Part shown: positions 45,843 to 55,872 of the stretch, piece after piece
How positions within the stretch are numbered: the stretch's first letter is position 1
How the letters are laid out: each line of letters opens with the position of its first letter
Source: an uncultured virus (IMG/VR IMGVR_UViG_3300048913_000302)
Lineage: Duplodnaviria; Heunggongvirae; Uroviricota; Caudoviricetes
Virus record (IMG/VR): IMGVR_UViG_3300048913_000302
Coordinates: 1-64,000 of that record
Length of the DNA stretch: 64,000 nucleotides
Direction: 5' to 3' (one strand)
Made by a program: the position numbers and the translations under genes
Notes under the pieces: generated by a model
Databases searched by the model: none
What the model saw: the letters and a program-made list of their open reading frames with translations, nothing else
Told to the model about the DNA's origin: nothing

Positions 45843-46799
45843 TCAAGAAGTTCTTCGGTACTTGACCAGAACAGTGCCGACATAAGCCAGCGAACTGTCG
45901 TCAAACGTGACGGGGATGTCCTGTACGGACCCCACAGATTGGGCAGGGAATACCTCATTGCGGATGTCCGCAGCGAGGATCTCACATCCCATTTGGACGG
46001 AAAGCTTGGTGGCAAGCTGCTGTTTATTAGACAGTTGTGTGCCAGAAAGCTGGACCGGCTTGCGGAACGTATTGCCAAACGAACGACGTTGGTAAGTGAC
46101 GCTGACCGTGCCTGAGTAGGGCAGACCGTTGAAGGTCAGATCTACCTTGGTGTTATCCTCGGACGTGGTCGATCCATTTACCACTGGGGCAGACAGGGCA
46201 AACATCGCCGCAGTGATCGGTACATCCAGCGCCGTAGCGTTCGCCATACTCAATTGCAAGGCGATACTGTCTTTGACGGTGGACGACTTGTAGTTCCTGT
46301 CGAACGGTACGATCAGACGAGCAACCTTAAGCAGCGTAGAAAGCTCGATGACGCGCGCAATCAACGTAGCTGTGGTGTCGCCTACCCAACGATACGAATC
46401 GTCGTTAGCATTGATGTCAGCTTGTCCCAGCGTGAGGAAGACGGCAGGTACAACGTCCTGCTCATCCACTGGGATAGCAAACGGCGACAGGATAGCCGTC
46501 AGGATATTCACCACATCCACAGGCAGCGCCGTTTTGAGGGTTCTGTTAGTGCTTTGAAGGAACTGACCGATGTCGGTACGATCGTATTCGAAGAAGTACG
46601 ACCCTTCCCGATCCCACAACTCCACCGGTGCTCTACTGCGGTCCAACGTCACTTCCACCGAGGTACGAAGACCACCCAAGGACTTGGGTTTGCCAAGCCT
46701 CAGGTAGTCAGCCTTCATGGGACGCTTTACCTTCTCACCAATCATGGCTCTGACGGCATCTTCAGGATGCATCCTGAATAAGATCTCTGGTGCAATCAT
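45843..46799 (-). CDS. Virion protein with two family A modules
   Basis: FEYDRTDI...SYRWVG and VTYQRRSF...SLAYVG. Confidence 0.7.
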   Translation of the reverse strand: MIAPEILFRMHPEDAVRAMIGEKVKRPMKADYLRLGKPKSLGGLRTSVEVTLDRSRAPVELWDREGSYFFEYDRTDIGQFLQSTNRTLKTALPVDVVNILTAILSPFAIPVDEQDVVPAVFLTLGQADINANDDSYRWVGDTTATLIARVIELSTLLKVARLIVPFDRNYKSSTVKDSIALQLSMANATALDVPITAAMFALSAPVVNGSTTSEDNTKVDLTFNGLPYSGTVSVTYQRRSFGNTFRKPVQLSGTQLSNKQQLATKLSVQMGCEILAADIRNEVFPAQSVGSVQDIPVTFDDSSLAYVGTVLVKYRRTS

Positions 46800-46810
46800 C
46801 GTTCTTGTCC

Positions 46811-49039
46811 TCAGGCCCTCAGCAACGATTGTCGGCGAGATTCCGTCAGTTGTTCATACCCACTCAGTTGATTGTCGGTAAACATCTCCGACAGATCTTT
46901 CGGTGGAATGGCTTCGTACCCAACCACACCGTCCCATTCGAGCGTGGAGATGTCCACAACCTCAGGGTCTCGCAGAAACACCTTAGGTGCTGCGATTTCG
47001 GTAGGCATGTATTTGGTGGTGGTAGCCTTGACCTTGATCAACGCTTCGACCGGCACGAACATCCGAGCTTTCTCTTCGGTGATTCGCACACCCATCAGAG
47101 GCACCGGAACCGGTACGTGGTGGTACGTGTGCTCACGAGCATTCATGTCCTGAATGACCGGAATCACCAACTCGACGTCAATGTGCGAGTAGCTCTTCAT
47201 GTGCGGGATCGTGAGCGTCGGGAACTTCCCGTCGATGATCTTGATCGGACTGTCGTTGATCTGTGCGATAAACTGCACGGAGTAAGGGGACAGCGTGCGC
47301 ATGATGCGAATCATGGCAGCGTGCACTTGACGAGTAGTGGTCTGGTTACCCAAATCACCGCCGGTGGCTGTCTTGAAGATCTCAGCGGCGATCAGGCTGT
47401 ATTCCAGCCGTCCCATTGCCGAGGTGTCAATCCCCTTCTCATCCAACCAGTCTTGGTAGTACGCGTTCTCACCCAGATCGATGCGGATGTCCATGTAGCA
47501 ACGATCGATGATCGTGTGCAACTGACCTTCAGCGATGTAGTCGCCGTTGTAGAAGCGCATCTCACGATGGGCCAACATGATCTTGTGGATGTCCACACAC
47601 GCTTCACGGAAAGCCTCCGTGGAGATGTAGGGAATGATCGGTACCTGATCGTCGATGATCTTGTCGACGTAGTAGTCCGGCACCTTCTTCTTGTCTGCCA
47701 TACCCCGCAGCTCGTTCCAGGTCGCAGGAGGAATCCGGCGGACACGGTTAGCGCTGATGGTCGGGACCTTCTTCAGCTTGATAGCGTTAGAAGCGTTGTA
47801 GGCGTACAGATAGAAGATGAAGGCATCCTTCACCGACAGGTTGTACTTATCACCGTTCGCAGGGTTGGTGAACGTGATGACGGACTTGAAGTAGTTGAAG
47901 TGCGACAGGTAGATCCAGTGGTTAAGGAGCACCTCCGTCAACGTAAACGGTTCTGCGTCAGTCAGGTCAACGACGTTCGACTCAAGCACCTTGGTTGGCA
48001 ACTTGTTCCACAAGGAGTTGGTCATCTTCCAAGTGGTGTCTGCCAGTGCTTCTTCCCAGTGCAGTGGGTTGTCCCTAGCCAGCGGCAGTTCCATGTCGAG
48101 CATTTCAGCCACGGTCTTGGAGTTACTGCCGAACGCAGGCTCGATACCGTTGACGGTAATGCGATTCAACCGGATCTCAGGATCAAGAGCATCAATCGGC
48201 ATCTTGCCGTAGTTGTGCTCGATCATGTACTTAGCCAGCGAGAAACCGCGATCGGTCAGGATCTTCTGCGTCAGTTCATCCAGAATCTCCTGACGTCCGA
48301 TGTTCAGATTCAGGTAACGGATGTTCCGATACAGATACAGCTTCTGCTTCTGAGTCAGGAAGTCGAACTCACGACCCACTGGACTGAAGCTCATCAGGTA
48401 TTGCCTGATGTGATAGCTATGCGCCTGATCGGTCTTGGTAGCCAGCTTACGCAGGTTGAGTATCTCAGGAACCAGCTGACCTGCAAGACCCGCCAACATC
48501 ATTGTGTAGTAGAACGGTTCGAACAGGTTGTAGTCGGCGTTGTGCCAACGTACGAACATCAGGTCGATGTAGCGCTGGATACTGGGGATCAACTGCTGTT
48601 CGTTCGATTCGACCAACGCCGTGTCGTAAGACAAGATGTTATGATCTTTCGACGCAATAGCCGTCGCGGTGTCGATTGGGCCGATGATGCCCCCGATCAG
48701 GATTGACTGATCTGGGTAGCGTTTGAGCAAGGCCTTGTAGTAGTCCGACCCGAACTTGTACTCCCGGCGAGTAGCCCGGTGTACCTTCAGATTCTCGATG
48801 GTGAAGTCGATGATCTCGCGAGTGTCCAGCGAGGTTACGGTCATCATCGTGTCGGCCGTGTGGTACAGGCCGGCAAGGTTACGGTAGTACTTCCAACTGG
48901 CAGGATCGTCAGGGTTCACATCGAACCCAAGAGTTTTCAACCGACTGTTCATTCGGTCGGCTGTAATCGAGCTCTTGAGAACTAGCGATGTTGCCAGTCT
49001 GAAGACGCTGTCCAAATAAAGCTTATAGTACGCATTCAT
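46811..49039 (-). CDS. Virion structural protein (phiKZ gp128-like)
   Basis: DP.SWKYY.NLAG.YH..D..M.VTSLDT motif; divergent from portal; start moved to ATG 49039. Confidence 0.7.
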   Translation of the reverse strand: MNAYYKLYLDSVFRLATSLVLKSSITADRMNSRLKTLGFDVNPDDPASWKYYRNLAGLYHTADTMMTVTSLDTREIIDFTIENLKVHRATRREYKFGSDYYKALLKRYPDQSILIGGIIGPIDTATAIASKDHNILSYDTALVESNEQQLIPSIQRYIDLMFVRWHNADYNLFEPFYYTMMLAGLAGQLVPEILNLRKLATKTDQAHSYHIRQYLMSFSPVGREFDFLTQKQKLYLYRNIRYLNLNIGRQEILDELTQKILTDRGFSLAKYMIEHNYGKMPIDALDPEIRLNRITVNGIEPAFGSNSKTVAEMLDMELPLARDNPLHWEEALADTTWKMTNSLWNKLPTKVLESNVVDLTDAEPFTLTEVLLNHWIYLSHFNYFKSVITFTNPANGDKYNLSVKDAFIFYLYAYNASNAIKLKKVPTISANRVRRIPPATWNELRGMADKKKVPDYYVDKIIDDQVPIIPYISTEAFREACVDIHKIMLAHREMRFYNGDYIAEGQLHTIIDRCYMDIRIDLGENAYYQDWLDEKGIDTSAMGRLEYSLIAAEIFKTATGGDLGNQTTTRQVHAAMIRIMRTLSPYSVQFIAQINDSPIKIIDGKFPTLTIPHMKSYSHIDVELVIPVIQDMNAREHTYHHVPVPVPLMGVRITEEKARMFVPVEALIKVKATTTKYMPTEIAAPKVFLRDPEVVDISTLEWDGVVGYEAIPPKDLSEMFTDNQLSGYEQLTESRRQSLLRA

Positions 49040-49070
49040 AGCGACCCCGATCTGTACAGGAGAGGTGTAG

Positions 49071-52001
49071 ATGGCCGATAATGATTCGAGGCTCCCAAGT
49101 CGGGCCGAGCCATTCAAGAAAGGTAGTGAGGCCGACAATCGTCTCGTGCAGCGTCTGGTCATGGACCGCACCGGGCCGGCTGCCAGGACGAACAATAACA
49201 ACGGTAGCGGTCGATCGATTGACGTTCAGGCTCTAGCCGACGTCTTCCGTCGCAACCTGCGGGACGTGTCTGACATCGCCAACATCTTCAAGGTGATGCC
49301 GGACCTTAACCTGCCGCGAGACATCCTCGTCAGTGCAATCTGCGCACCGGGTGACTTGGTCACCACCACGCTCATCTTTGATGGCAAGGTAACGGGCACG
49401 GATAGTCAACTGACGGGTTTGATGACCGATCGTCTCAAAGAGCACTTCATTGACGAAGAGCAGACCCCCAACAAGCTACACGAGTGGATCGACGAAGCGT
49501 TGATTCTGCACGGCGCTCACCCAATCCTCATCATCCCCGAAGCTGCACTCGACCGTATGGTTAACGGTTCGAACAACGACGCCAGTATGGAGTCGGTGGC
49601 AAACTACGACGGGGAATGGTGGAATGGCTGGTTCCGGCCTAAGGGCGTGCTCGGCCTGCGAGTCGCCACGGCGGGTGGTACCGATTACGCGAGTTTCGAG
49701 TCGGCCAAAACCCGGATCAGTTTCCAGGACATGGCCGATTACCATACCATCAAGGCTGAAATCAGCACTGAAGGTAAGGTCAAGAAGACCGTACCATTGC
49801 CGTTCCGCGTAACAGATAACTTGGCTTCCCTACGCGCTCCTGCCGTACAGGAACTCAAGCGTGAGCGGATGATGCAGACCGCTTACGGCGAACTGACGCT
49901 CGAATCCCGCCGTCGTGACCGGTTGCGTCGTGAAGCGGAGTCTTCGCAGGATGACGACAAGAACAACAAGGACGATAAGAATCCTCAGTTGGAAACGTCG
50001 CCTGGCTACTCGAAGAAGCAGAAGAAAGGTCTCACCGACAACCAGATCTACAGTCGGTTCTTCCGCAAACCTCAGCAGCCGAAGCGCTCCCGCATGGAAG
50101 TGCTCCCAACGCTCAAACAGTCCGGCGGCCACACCGTAGGTCACCCACTGAAGTATCACTTGCCGACTCAAGCGGTTATCCCTGTTTGTATCCCAGGTGA
50201 CCGTAAGAACCACATCGGCTACTGGGTGATTCAAGACGGTAACGGCTTCCCAGTCGCGTCGGTCAAAACCCTCGACTACTACGACGACGTACGTCGTGGG
50301 ATGTTGGGTGGTGGCGAGCAGGTAGGTTCTGGTAACCAGATCGCTGGTGAGTTGCTGAACATGGCAGCTGGTGCGATCAACGGTGGTATTGCCAACGCCT
50401 CTGACATCGCGATTGACCGGATGGCTCAGCTGTGCGGTGACGTGATCGAGCGTGACCTCATGTCGCGTCTGAAGTCTGGTGCAATGGGTGGGCAGTTTGA
50501 GTTGGGTCGTACTGAGCATATCGACAAGCTGATGCTTGCCCGTACGCTCAAGAACCAACAAACCACTCTGCTGTATGTACCGGCCGAGATGATGGTTTAC
50601 ATGGCGTACGACTTCAACGAGTACGGCGTGGGTAAATCCATCCTCGAAGACGCCAAAGGCCTGTGCGCTATGCGTGCAAACCTGATGGTGGCACACGTCA
50701 TGGGTTCGATCAACAACGCGATTCCTGGGAAGGACATCGTGATCGAGCTGGACCCTAGCGACAAGAACCCTACCGAGACCGTGGGCTACCTGGTCAACGA
50801 GGCAATGGCGCTGGCGTTCAACCAACTGCCGATGGCGATCAACAGTCCTCAGGGTATTGCTGAAGCGCTGCAAATGACGTCCTACTCCGTGTCGGTGTCG
50901 GGTAACCCTCGCTTCCCGGAAATCAAGACGTCTATCCAGCCGCGTGAATCGCAGCAAGTGGCAATCGATACCGACACCCTCAATCAGGCTCGCGATGACG
51001 TATGTCGCGTGTTCAGCGTGACGCCAGAGATGGTGGACAACATGAACCAGCCTGAGTTTGCGACTACGGCCGTGAACAACAACCTGCTGCTGCTTAAGCG
51101 GGTGATGATGGTTCAGCGTCAGACCAACCCGATGCTCACCGACTACGTTCGGATCTCGACCATGAACGACGGTATCCTCATCGATGACCTGTTGGCTATC
51201 ATTGAGGAGAACAAGAAGTGGTTGCCAGAAGACTTCGAAGGTGACCATGAGGTCTACCTGCAGGAGTTCATCAACAACCTCACCGTAACACTCCCTGCGC
51301 CTGATATCGACAACCTCGAGAAGCACATGGAGATTTACGACAAGTACGATCAGTTCCTCGACAAGATCATCGCGGCCTTTGTCAAGGACGAATACCTCGA
51401 TGGTTACGCTACCCAGATCCAGCGGGAAGCATTGCCGTCGATGATCGCTGCTTGGAAAGGCGTCAAGTTGCGTGAGTTCTTGCGTACTCGCGGTCTGTTC
51501 CGTGAGATGGACGTGTTCGGTAGTGGCGAAGATGGTAAGCCGCTGATGGAACTGAACGAAGAGATGGCAGCTCACGTAGAGGGTCTGAACGCTGCATTCG
51601 CTGAATACAGTAAGCGGGCTGCTAAAGACGCCATCCGTCGTAAGACTCGCAACGAGTCGGTTGCAAATATGGATGAGAAGGCTCGGGCGATTGCTGAAGC
51701 CCAGCCTCTGGACAGTGACGAAACCTTCGGTCAGGAAGCTCCGGCAGATGCTCAGCCTGGAGATAACGACCAACCAGACGACAATGTTCAGCAAGACGAC
51801 GATGTCATTCTGGATACCACTGATCAAGATGGTCCTCAGGAAGAGGATACTCAAGCTCAGAAGGAAGACGATGACAGCACGGCTAACGCCGATCAAGATC
51901 AGCAGCAGGAGCAAGCTGACGAAGGTACTCAGAAGGAAGATGACGATACCGGGGTTCCTGACCTCGATCTTGGTATCGACACCACACCTCCTAAAGTGTG
52001 A
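49071..52001 (+). CDS. Probable portal protein (phiKZ gp129-like) with acidic C-terminal tail
   Basis: GAGG SD; 976 aa; Y.AYDFN..GVGKS.LE, PE.VD....PEFATT motifs; ASME site; synteny. Confidence 0.7.
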   Translation: MADNDSRLPSRAEPFKKGSEADNRLVQRLVMDRTGPAARTNNNNGSGRSIDVQALADVFRRNLRDVSDIANIFKVMPDLNLPRDILVSAICAPGDLVTTTLIFDGKVTGTDSQLTGLMTDRLKEHFIDEEQTPNKLHEWIDEALILHGAHPILIIPEAALDRMVNGSNNDASMESVANYDGEWWNGWFRPKGVLGLRVATAGGTDYASFESAKTRISFQDMADYHTIKAEISTEGKVKKTVPLPFRVTDNLASLRAPAVQELKRERMMQTAYGELTLESRRRDRLRREAESSQDDDKNNKDDKNPQLETSPGYSKKQKKGLTDNQIYSRFFRKPQQPKRSRMEVLPTLKQSGGHTVGHPLKYHLPTQAVIPVCIPGDRKNHIGYWVIQDGNGFPVASVKTLDYYDDVRRGMLGGGEQVGSGNQIAGELLNMAAGAINGGIANASDIAIDRMAQLCGDVIERDLMSRLKSGAMGGQFELGRTEHIDKLMLARTLKNQQTTLLYVPAEMMVYMAYDFNEYGVGKSILEDAKGLCAMRANLMVAHVMGSINNAIPGKDIVIELDPSDKNPTETVGYLVNEAMALAFNQLPMAINSPQGIAEALQMTSYSVSVSGNPRFPEIKTSIQPRESQQVAIDTDTLNQARDDVCRVFSVTPEMVDNMNQPEFATTAVNNNLLLLKRVMMVQRQTNPMLTDYVRISTMNDGILIDDLLAIIEENKKWLPEDFEGDHEVYLQEFINNLTVTLPAPDIDNLEKHMEIYDKYDQFLDKIIAAFVKDEYLDGYATQIQREALPSMIAAWKGVKLREFLRTRGLFREMDVFGSGEDGKPLMELNEEMAAHVEGLNAAFAEYSKRAAKDAIRRKTRNESVANMDEKARAIAEAQPLDSDETFGQEAPADAQPGDNDQPDDNVQQDDDVILDTTDQDGPQEEDTQAQKEDDDSTANADQDQQQEQADEGTQKEDDDTGVPDLDLGIDTTPPKV

Positions 52002-52013
52002 CGTGATTACCTC

Positions 52014-52056
52014 GACTACCTGGTTTCGGCCAGGTAGTCTTGGTTTCTTTATGCCG
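52014..52056 (+). terminator. Hairpin (TTCG) + TATGCCG
   Basis: gactacctggt-ttcg-gccaggtagtc. Confidence 0.7.
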
Positions 52057-52300
52057 TAAACAGTTAACAAGTAATCGAATCTTTTGTAACAAGCCTTCTT
52101 CCTTATTCTTTAGGAAACGTAGCGAAGCGAAGTTGACGTTCAGAAACGTGAGCGAGTGAAACGATGCGAACATCTCCAGTGCTTTACTCCGCCAGGGGTA
52201 GGGGAGGGTCTTTATGCTGTAAATTGATTAAAGGTAATTACTTAATTAAAATACCTCTTTCATGCAAGTAAACAATCATTCTCTACAAGGTGATTTACGC

Positions 52301-53023
52301 ATGTACGAAACTCGTCCTAACGCTATCCTCTCTTTTGGGGATAAACAAGTAGAAGTATCCAAGGAACGCGTTGAGGAAATCCTCAAACACGCACTCGCTA
52401 CTACTGGTTACAACTTCGACCACTACGATTACGTCAAAGGGTTGAACGATCTCAAACAAGCCATGGCCGACTGGAAGCCGGCCGAGATACCGGTGAACAC
52501 TCGGTTCGAAACCATCGCTCTGGATCTCGATGCGCTGTGTATTTCTGGAGAGGTTCAGGATGAACGAAAGTTTGGCGTCAATCTGTTTGCCCTCCTTTCC
52601 CCACCCGCTGATGGCGAGATTGCTTTCGGCGAATACGTGCGTAACACAACACTCAAGAACGTCAAGATAGCATCGAACAGTGGCGTTATGCTGACTACCA
52701 ACTCCTCTCTGGAATTCGTCGAATCGACGGCGTGTCAGCGGGCAATGCGCTGTTCGGTACAGCTGGGTATCGACAACGAGGAGGTCGCTCTTCACCTGGA
52801 CGTTGACAAAGAACGCGGTTGGATGAACATCAACCGCAGTGTCAACGTCAAGATCGTCGAGATCGAAGTGGCTATTACTTCCTATCGTCGCGACATTCAG
52901 ATCGGCGCATTGCGCCTGGATCATGTCGAACTCGACTATCTGGCCAAGACCCCTGAAGTCATGGCTGAGTTGGTGCGGAAGGTTGCCGTACTCGGCGAAG
53001 GGAAGCGTGACACCACGGTCTAA
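52301..53023 (+). CDS. Hypothetical protein
   Basis: AGGTG SD before ATG 52301. Confidence 0.75.
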   Translation: MYETRPNAILSFGDKQVEVSKERVEEILKHALATTGYNFDHYDYVKGLNDLKQAMADWKPAEIPVNTRFETIALDLDALCISGEVQDERKFGVNLFALLSPPADGEIAFGEYVRNTTLKNVKIASNSGVMLTTNSSLEFVESTACQRAMRCSVQLGIDNEEVALHLDVDKERGWMNINRSVNVKIVEIEVAITSYRRDIQIGALRLDHVELDYLAKTPEVMAELVRKVAVLGEGKRDTTV

Positions 53024-53044
53024 AATCTCAACGAGTGACGAACA

Positions 53045-53092
53045 GCATACAGCCCGGGCATTGTGCCCGGGCTGTATGTCTTCTTTTTTTTT
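53045..53092. terminator. Bidirectional terminator
   Basis: gcatacagcccgggca-ttg-tgcccgggctgtatgt followed by a T-run on +. Confidence 0.8.
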
Positions 53093-53094
53093 GC

Positions 53095-53781
53095 TTAGCA
53101 GACCAGAACGTTGTTCGGCAGGAAGCCTTCGACGATCAGGTTACGCACCTTGTGCATGCACTCAGTACGGGTGATCAGACCATCGTCGTTCAGATCCAGA
53201 CCTTTGTTCTGCGAGAACGCGGTTGGGTAGTTCGACTTGTCCCACAGCACGTAGTCGTCAGCTTTACCGACGGCACGAGGCAGGAGGATGGTCATGTAAA
53301 CGTCACCATCGTTCTTCAGTTTACCGGCGAACGGCTTGAAGTGCAGGTAGACGTATTCCAGTTGTTCGAGCACGCTCATCTTCGCGAGCGCAGCTTGACT
53401 GGTACCCAGGCCTTTGGCGGTAGGTTCCATGAACTGGATCAGACCTGTAGCTCCGGAGATCTTGTTCTTCTCCGCAGGGCTGAGGCTACGACCGGTCTCC
53501 CACGCCATGCAGCCCATGAAGGTACTGATAGACACTGGCTCGCAACGCAGGTCTTTGACCATTTGCGCCAGACGAGTCAGTGCAGGTGCGGAGAACTTCT
53601 GACCCCAACCGACACGCCGCACACCAAGAGGTTTGGACGGATCGATTGTGGCGTTGAGGAGGGACGTGTACGCACCGAGGGACTTGGGTCCCCACAGCCC
53701 ATCAGGCGTACCGCAGTTGAAGCCCAGGCTGTTCAACATCTCCTGGGTCTTTTTAACGCTTGCATCAGGCTTGGTAGCCAT
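53095..53781 (-). CDS. Modular endolysin: peptidoglycan-binding domain + lysozyme/transglycosylase-like domain
   Basis: Q..L..LGF..G.PDG.WGPKS; catalytic WETG...GATGLIQFM..TA. Confidence 0.85.
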   Translation of the reverse strand: MATKPDASVKKTQEMLNSLGFNCGTPDGLWGPKSLGAYTSLLNATIDPSKPLGVRRVGWGQKFSAPALTRLAQMVKDLRCEPVSISTFMGCMAWETGRSLSPAEKNKISGATGLIQFMEPTAKGLGTSQAALAKMSVLEQLEYVYLHFKPFAGKLKNDGDVYMTILLPRAVGKADDYVLWDKSNYPTAFSQNKGLDLNDDGLITRTECMHKVRNLIVEGFLPNNVLVC

Positions 53782-53784
53782 GAC

Positions 53785-54417
53785 TTACTCCCGTTGATTC
53801 CTGATTGTCAAACCAGCAAAGCGCACAGGGTCGAAGTCCACTGTTGGGAAATCGCCGATATCCATGTGCTCGGCTGCGCCATTGAGTTCATAGTCGATCC
53901 CAAGTGCCATGCTGATGCGAGAGATCGGTTGACCCCCAACAGCTTGGAACGACACTTGGAAATCGATGGCCTTCAGATCGTAAGGTTTACCCATGGTAGC
54001 GGTAAACACAGCGGCCTGTGTGTTGGCGTTGTCGATCTCTTCCTGAGAAAGCTTCTCCGCGTCTACGTTGATGTAGTGAGCGTAGAAGATGTTGATGGCC
54101 CAATACTCGGCCATGATCGGTTTGGTGACCAGTCCTCGGGTAAGGCAGTCGAACCACTTGGTACCGTCTGGCGCATCCAGCAGAACGCCGTTTGCGTATT
54201 CCTCTGCAGTCGTAGGCTGAGCGGTATAACCCATCAGCTGGAACTGCAGATGACCGATACCAGCAGCCGGTCCTTTGGTCACCCAGGTAGCGGCATGCAC
54301 TCGAGCGAGTTTGATCGACGACTCTGGGTTGCGGATAACGAACAGTCCGCGACTGATGTCGTTGTACGGGTTGGAGTGCTGGACGTTAGTGGGTGCTTCT
54401 GGGACAGGCTGTTTCAT
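53785..54417 (-). CDS. Hypothetical protein in tail operon
   Basis: 210 aa, tight operon packing. Confidence 0.7.
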   Translation of the reverse strand: MKQPVPEAPTNVQHSNPYNDISRGLFVIRNPESSIKLARVHAATWVTKGPAAGIGHLQFQLMGYTAQPTTAEEYANGVLLDAPDGTKWFDCLTRGLVTKPIMAEYWAINIFYAHYINVDAEKLSQEEIDNANTQAAVFTATMGKPYDLKAIDFQVSFQAVGGQPISRISMALGIDYELNGAAEHMDIGDFPTVDFDPVRFAGLTIRNQRE

Positions 54418-54429
54418 CGTAAGGCTTCC

Positions 54430-55173
54430 TTAAAGGGGATTCCAGCTAGCAGGGAACTTGGCTGGAGCATCGATAGGTCCGCTCGCCACAGGGATGGCAG
54501 AACCGACCGGTTGCAGGCTGAGGCGGAATGTGTCGAGCCTGTAGACGGTCGAGAACGACTTACTGACGATACCCGCTCCGTTAGTCGTGATCGAACCCAA
54601 GAACATAATCGACACCGATTCGGGTGGTGTATCTGCCCGGCACTCATACCGGATCAACCCGAACTGCGCTCTTAAGTAAATGTTGAACGTTTTGTTCGCA
54701 GGGTTTGCATCGACCGTGTAGAGGTTTATGGTAGCAGCCGGCAGGACGTAAGGCGTACCTGAAAGGATAGCCCTCATCGACCGGTTGCAGGTCAGCGTGA
54801 ACCCTGACGGTACCCATGCCGCTGCGACTTCAGCGTCGGTCATGAAATCCAACACCCCGTACGAGGAGACCGGGACAATGGAGTTCGGGACCTTCTTCGA
54901 CAACTTAGCGACGATGTCAGCGTCGGTATACGAGCCGATCGAGCGCATCGTTTCCTGGTGAGGGTTGTCTCGCCTGGCGATGTGTGCTGCCAGAGCCGCT
55001 CTAGCGACCTTCAGCAACTCAAAGACACTCCAGTTGGGTAAGAGGAGGGTCGTATCACCAGACCTCGTAGCGAGTTTCCTGACGCGTTCTTTCAAGACAC
55101 GCTTGATTTGGAAGTGGTACGCTGCAAACGTCACCTTCCGAAATAGCGCTAACGCTGTTTTTGGACCAGCCAT
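54430..55173 (-). CDS. Putative tail/baseplate protein
   Basis: AH.ARRDNPH motif; C-terminal GS.IP...G shared with the next two genes. Confidence 0.65.
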   Translation of the reverse strand: MAGPKTALALFRKVTFAAYHFQIKRVLKERVRKLATRSGDTTLLLPNWSVFELLKVARAALAAHIARRDNPHQETMRSIGSYTDADIVAKLSKKVPNSIVPVSSYGVLDFMTDAEVAAAWVPSGFTLTCNRSMRAILSGTPYVLPAATINLYTVDANPANKTFNIYLRAQFGLIRYECRADTPPESVSIMFLGSITTNGAGIVSKSFSTVYRLDTFRLSLQPVGSAIPVASGPIDAPAKFPASWNPL

Positions 55174-55183
55174 GTGACCCTCC

Positions 55184-55870
55184 TTACGAATACCAGCCAG
55201 GGTTGGTCGAACTAGGCGCAGCTTGCGAACCAGCCGAGGTCGGGATACCCAAGCCGCGAGGCGTGGTGCTGATCACTGCATAACCGATCCTTGTCGATCC
55301 GAAGAACGTCGGGACGTACGATCCGTTGGAATAGTCAACCCACCCAACAATCATGTTGCGGATATCCTCGCCTGGGTTGGTACTCAGCGTGTACTGAATC
55401 CCGTAGGCCGGAGGTTGTCCGGACATTGTGATCTTGATGTACTGTCGCACCGTTCCGCTCAAAGCCAACGCCTGAGCAGGTACTGCGACCTTACGACCAC
55501 AATACACAATGTTCGAGGCGTTGACCGTGATGGATGACCCACTGATCGGCAAGGCCGTTGGGGCAGGTAGCTTGCTGATCGGCACTCCGTCCTTAGGGAA
55601 GTAGTTAGCCGCCCTTTGGTCGAATGTAGCTTTCGTGATCCCGCCCAATTGAGCGAGTGTTTCCCCGTGGGGGAGGTTGTGGTTGTTTTCGTGCGTATTG
55701 ACTTCGCCACGCATAATGGCGATGAGGTCTGCCAAACTCAACCCTTCGAGCTTGTCGGAGTCCCCCGCATGGAGGACTCGACCTGCTTTCGATTTGATGA
55801 GTCGGAAGATCTGGGCTTTGTATTCCCCAAAGCGCACCTTGTAATACAAGAGCAGGTCTTCGATCGTCAT
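55184..55870 (-). CDS. Putative tail/baseplate protein
   Basis: DSDKLEG.S, PHGET..QLG; C-terminal G.GIP.S.G. Confidence 0.65.
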   Translation of the reverse strand: MTIEDLLLYYKVRFGEYKAQIFRLIKSKAGRVLHAGDSDKLEGLSLADLIAIMRGEVNTHENNHNLPHGETLAQLGGITKATFDQRAANYFPKDGVPISKLPAPTALPISGSSITVNASNIVYCGRKVAVPAQALALSGTVRQYIKITMSGQPPAYGIQYTLSTNPGEDIRNMIVGWVDYSNGSYVPTFFGSTRIGYAVISTTPRGLGIPTSAGSQAAPSSTNPGWYS

Positions 55871-55872
55871 GG

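Noticed and set aside
49040..49201. N-terminal extensions given by the ORF track (also 33-86, 6995-7102, 12444-12641, 33560-33622)
   Set aside because: They overlap neighbouring genes, promoter motifs or terminators; downstream ATGs have better SD context.
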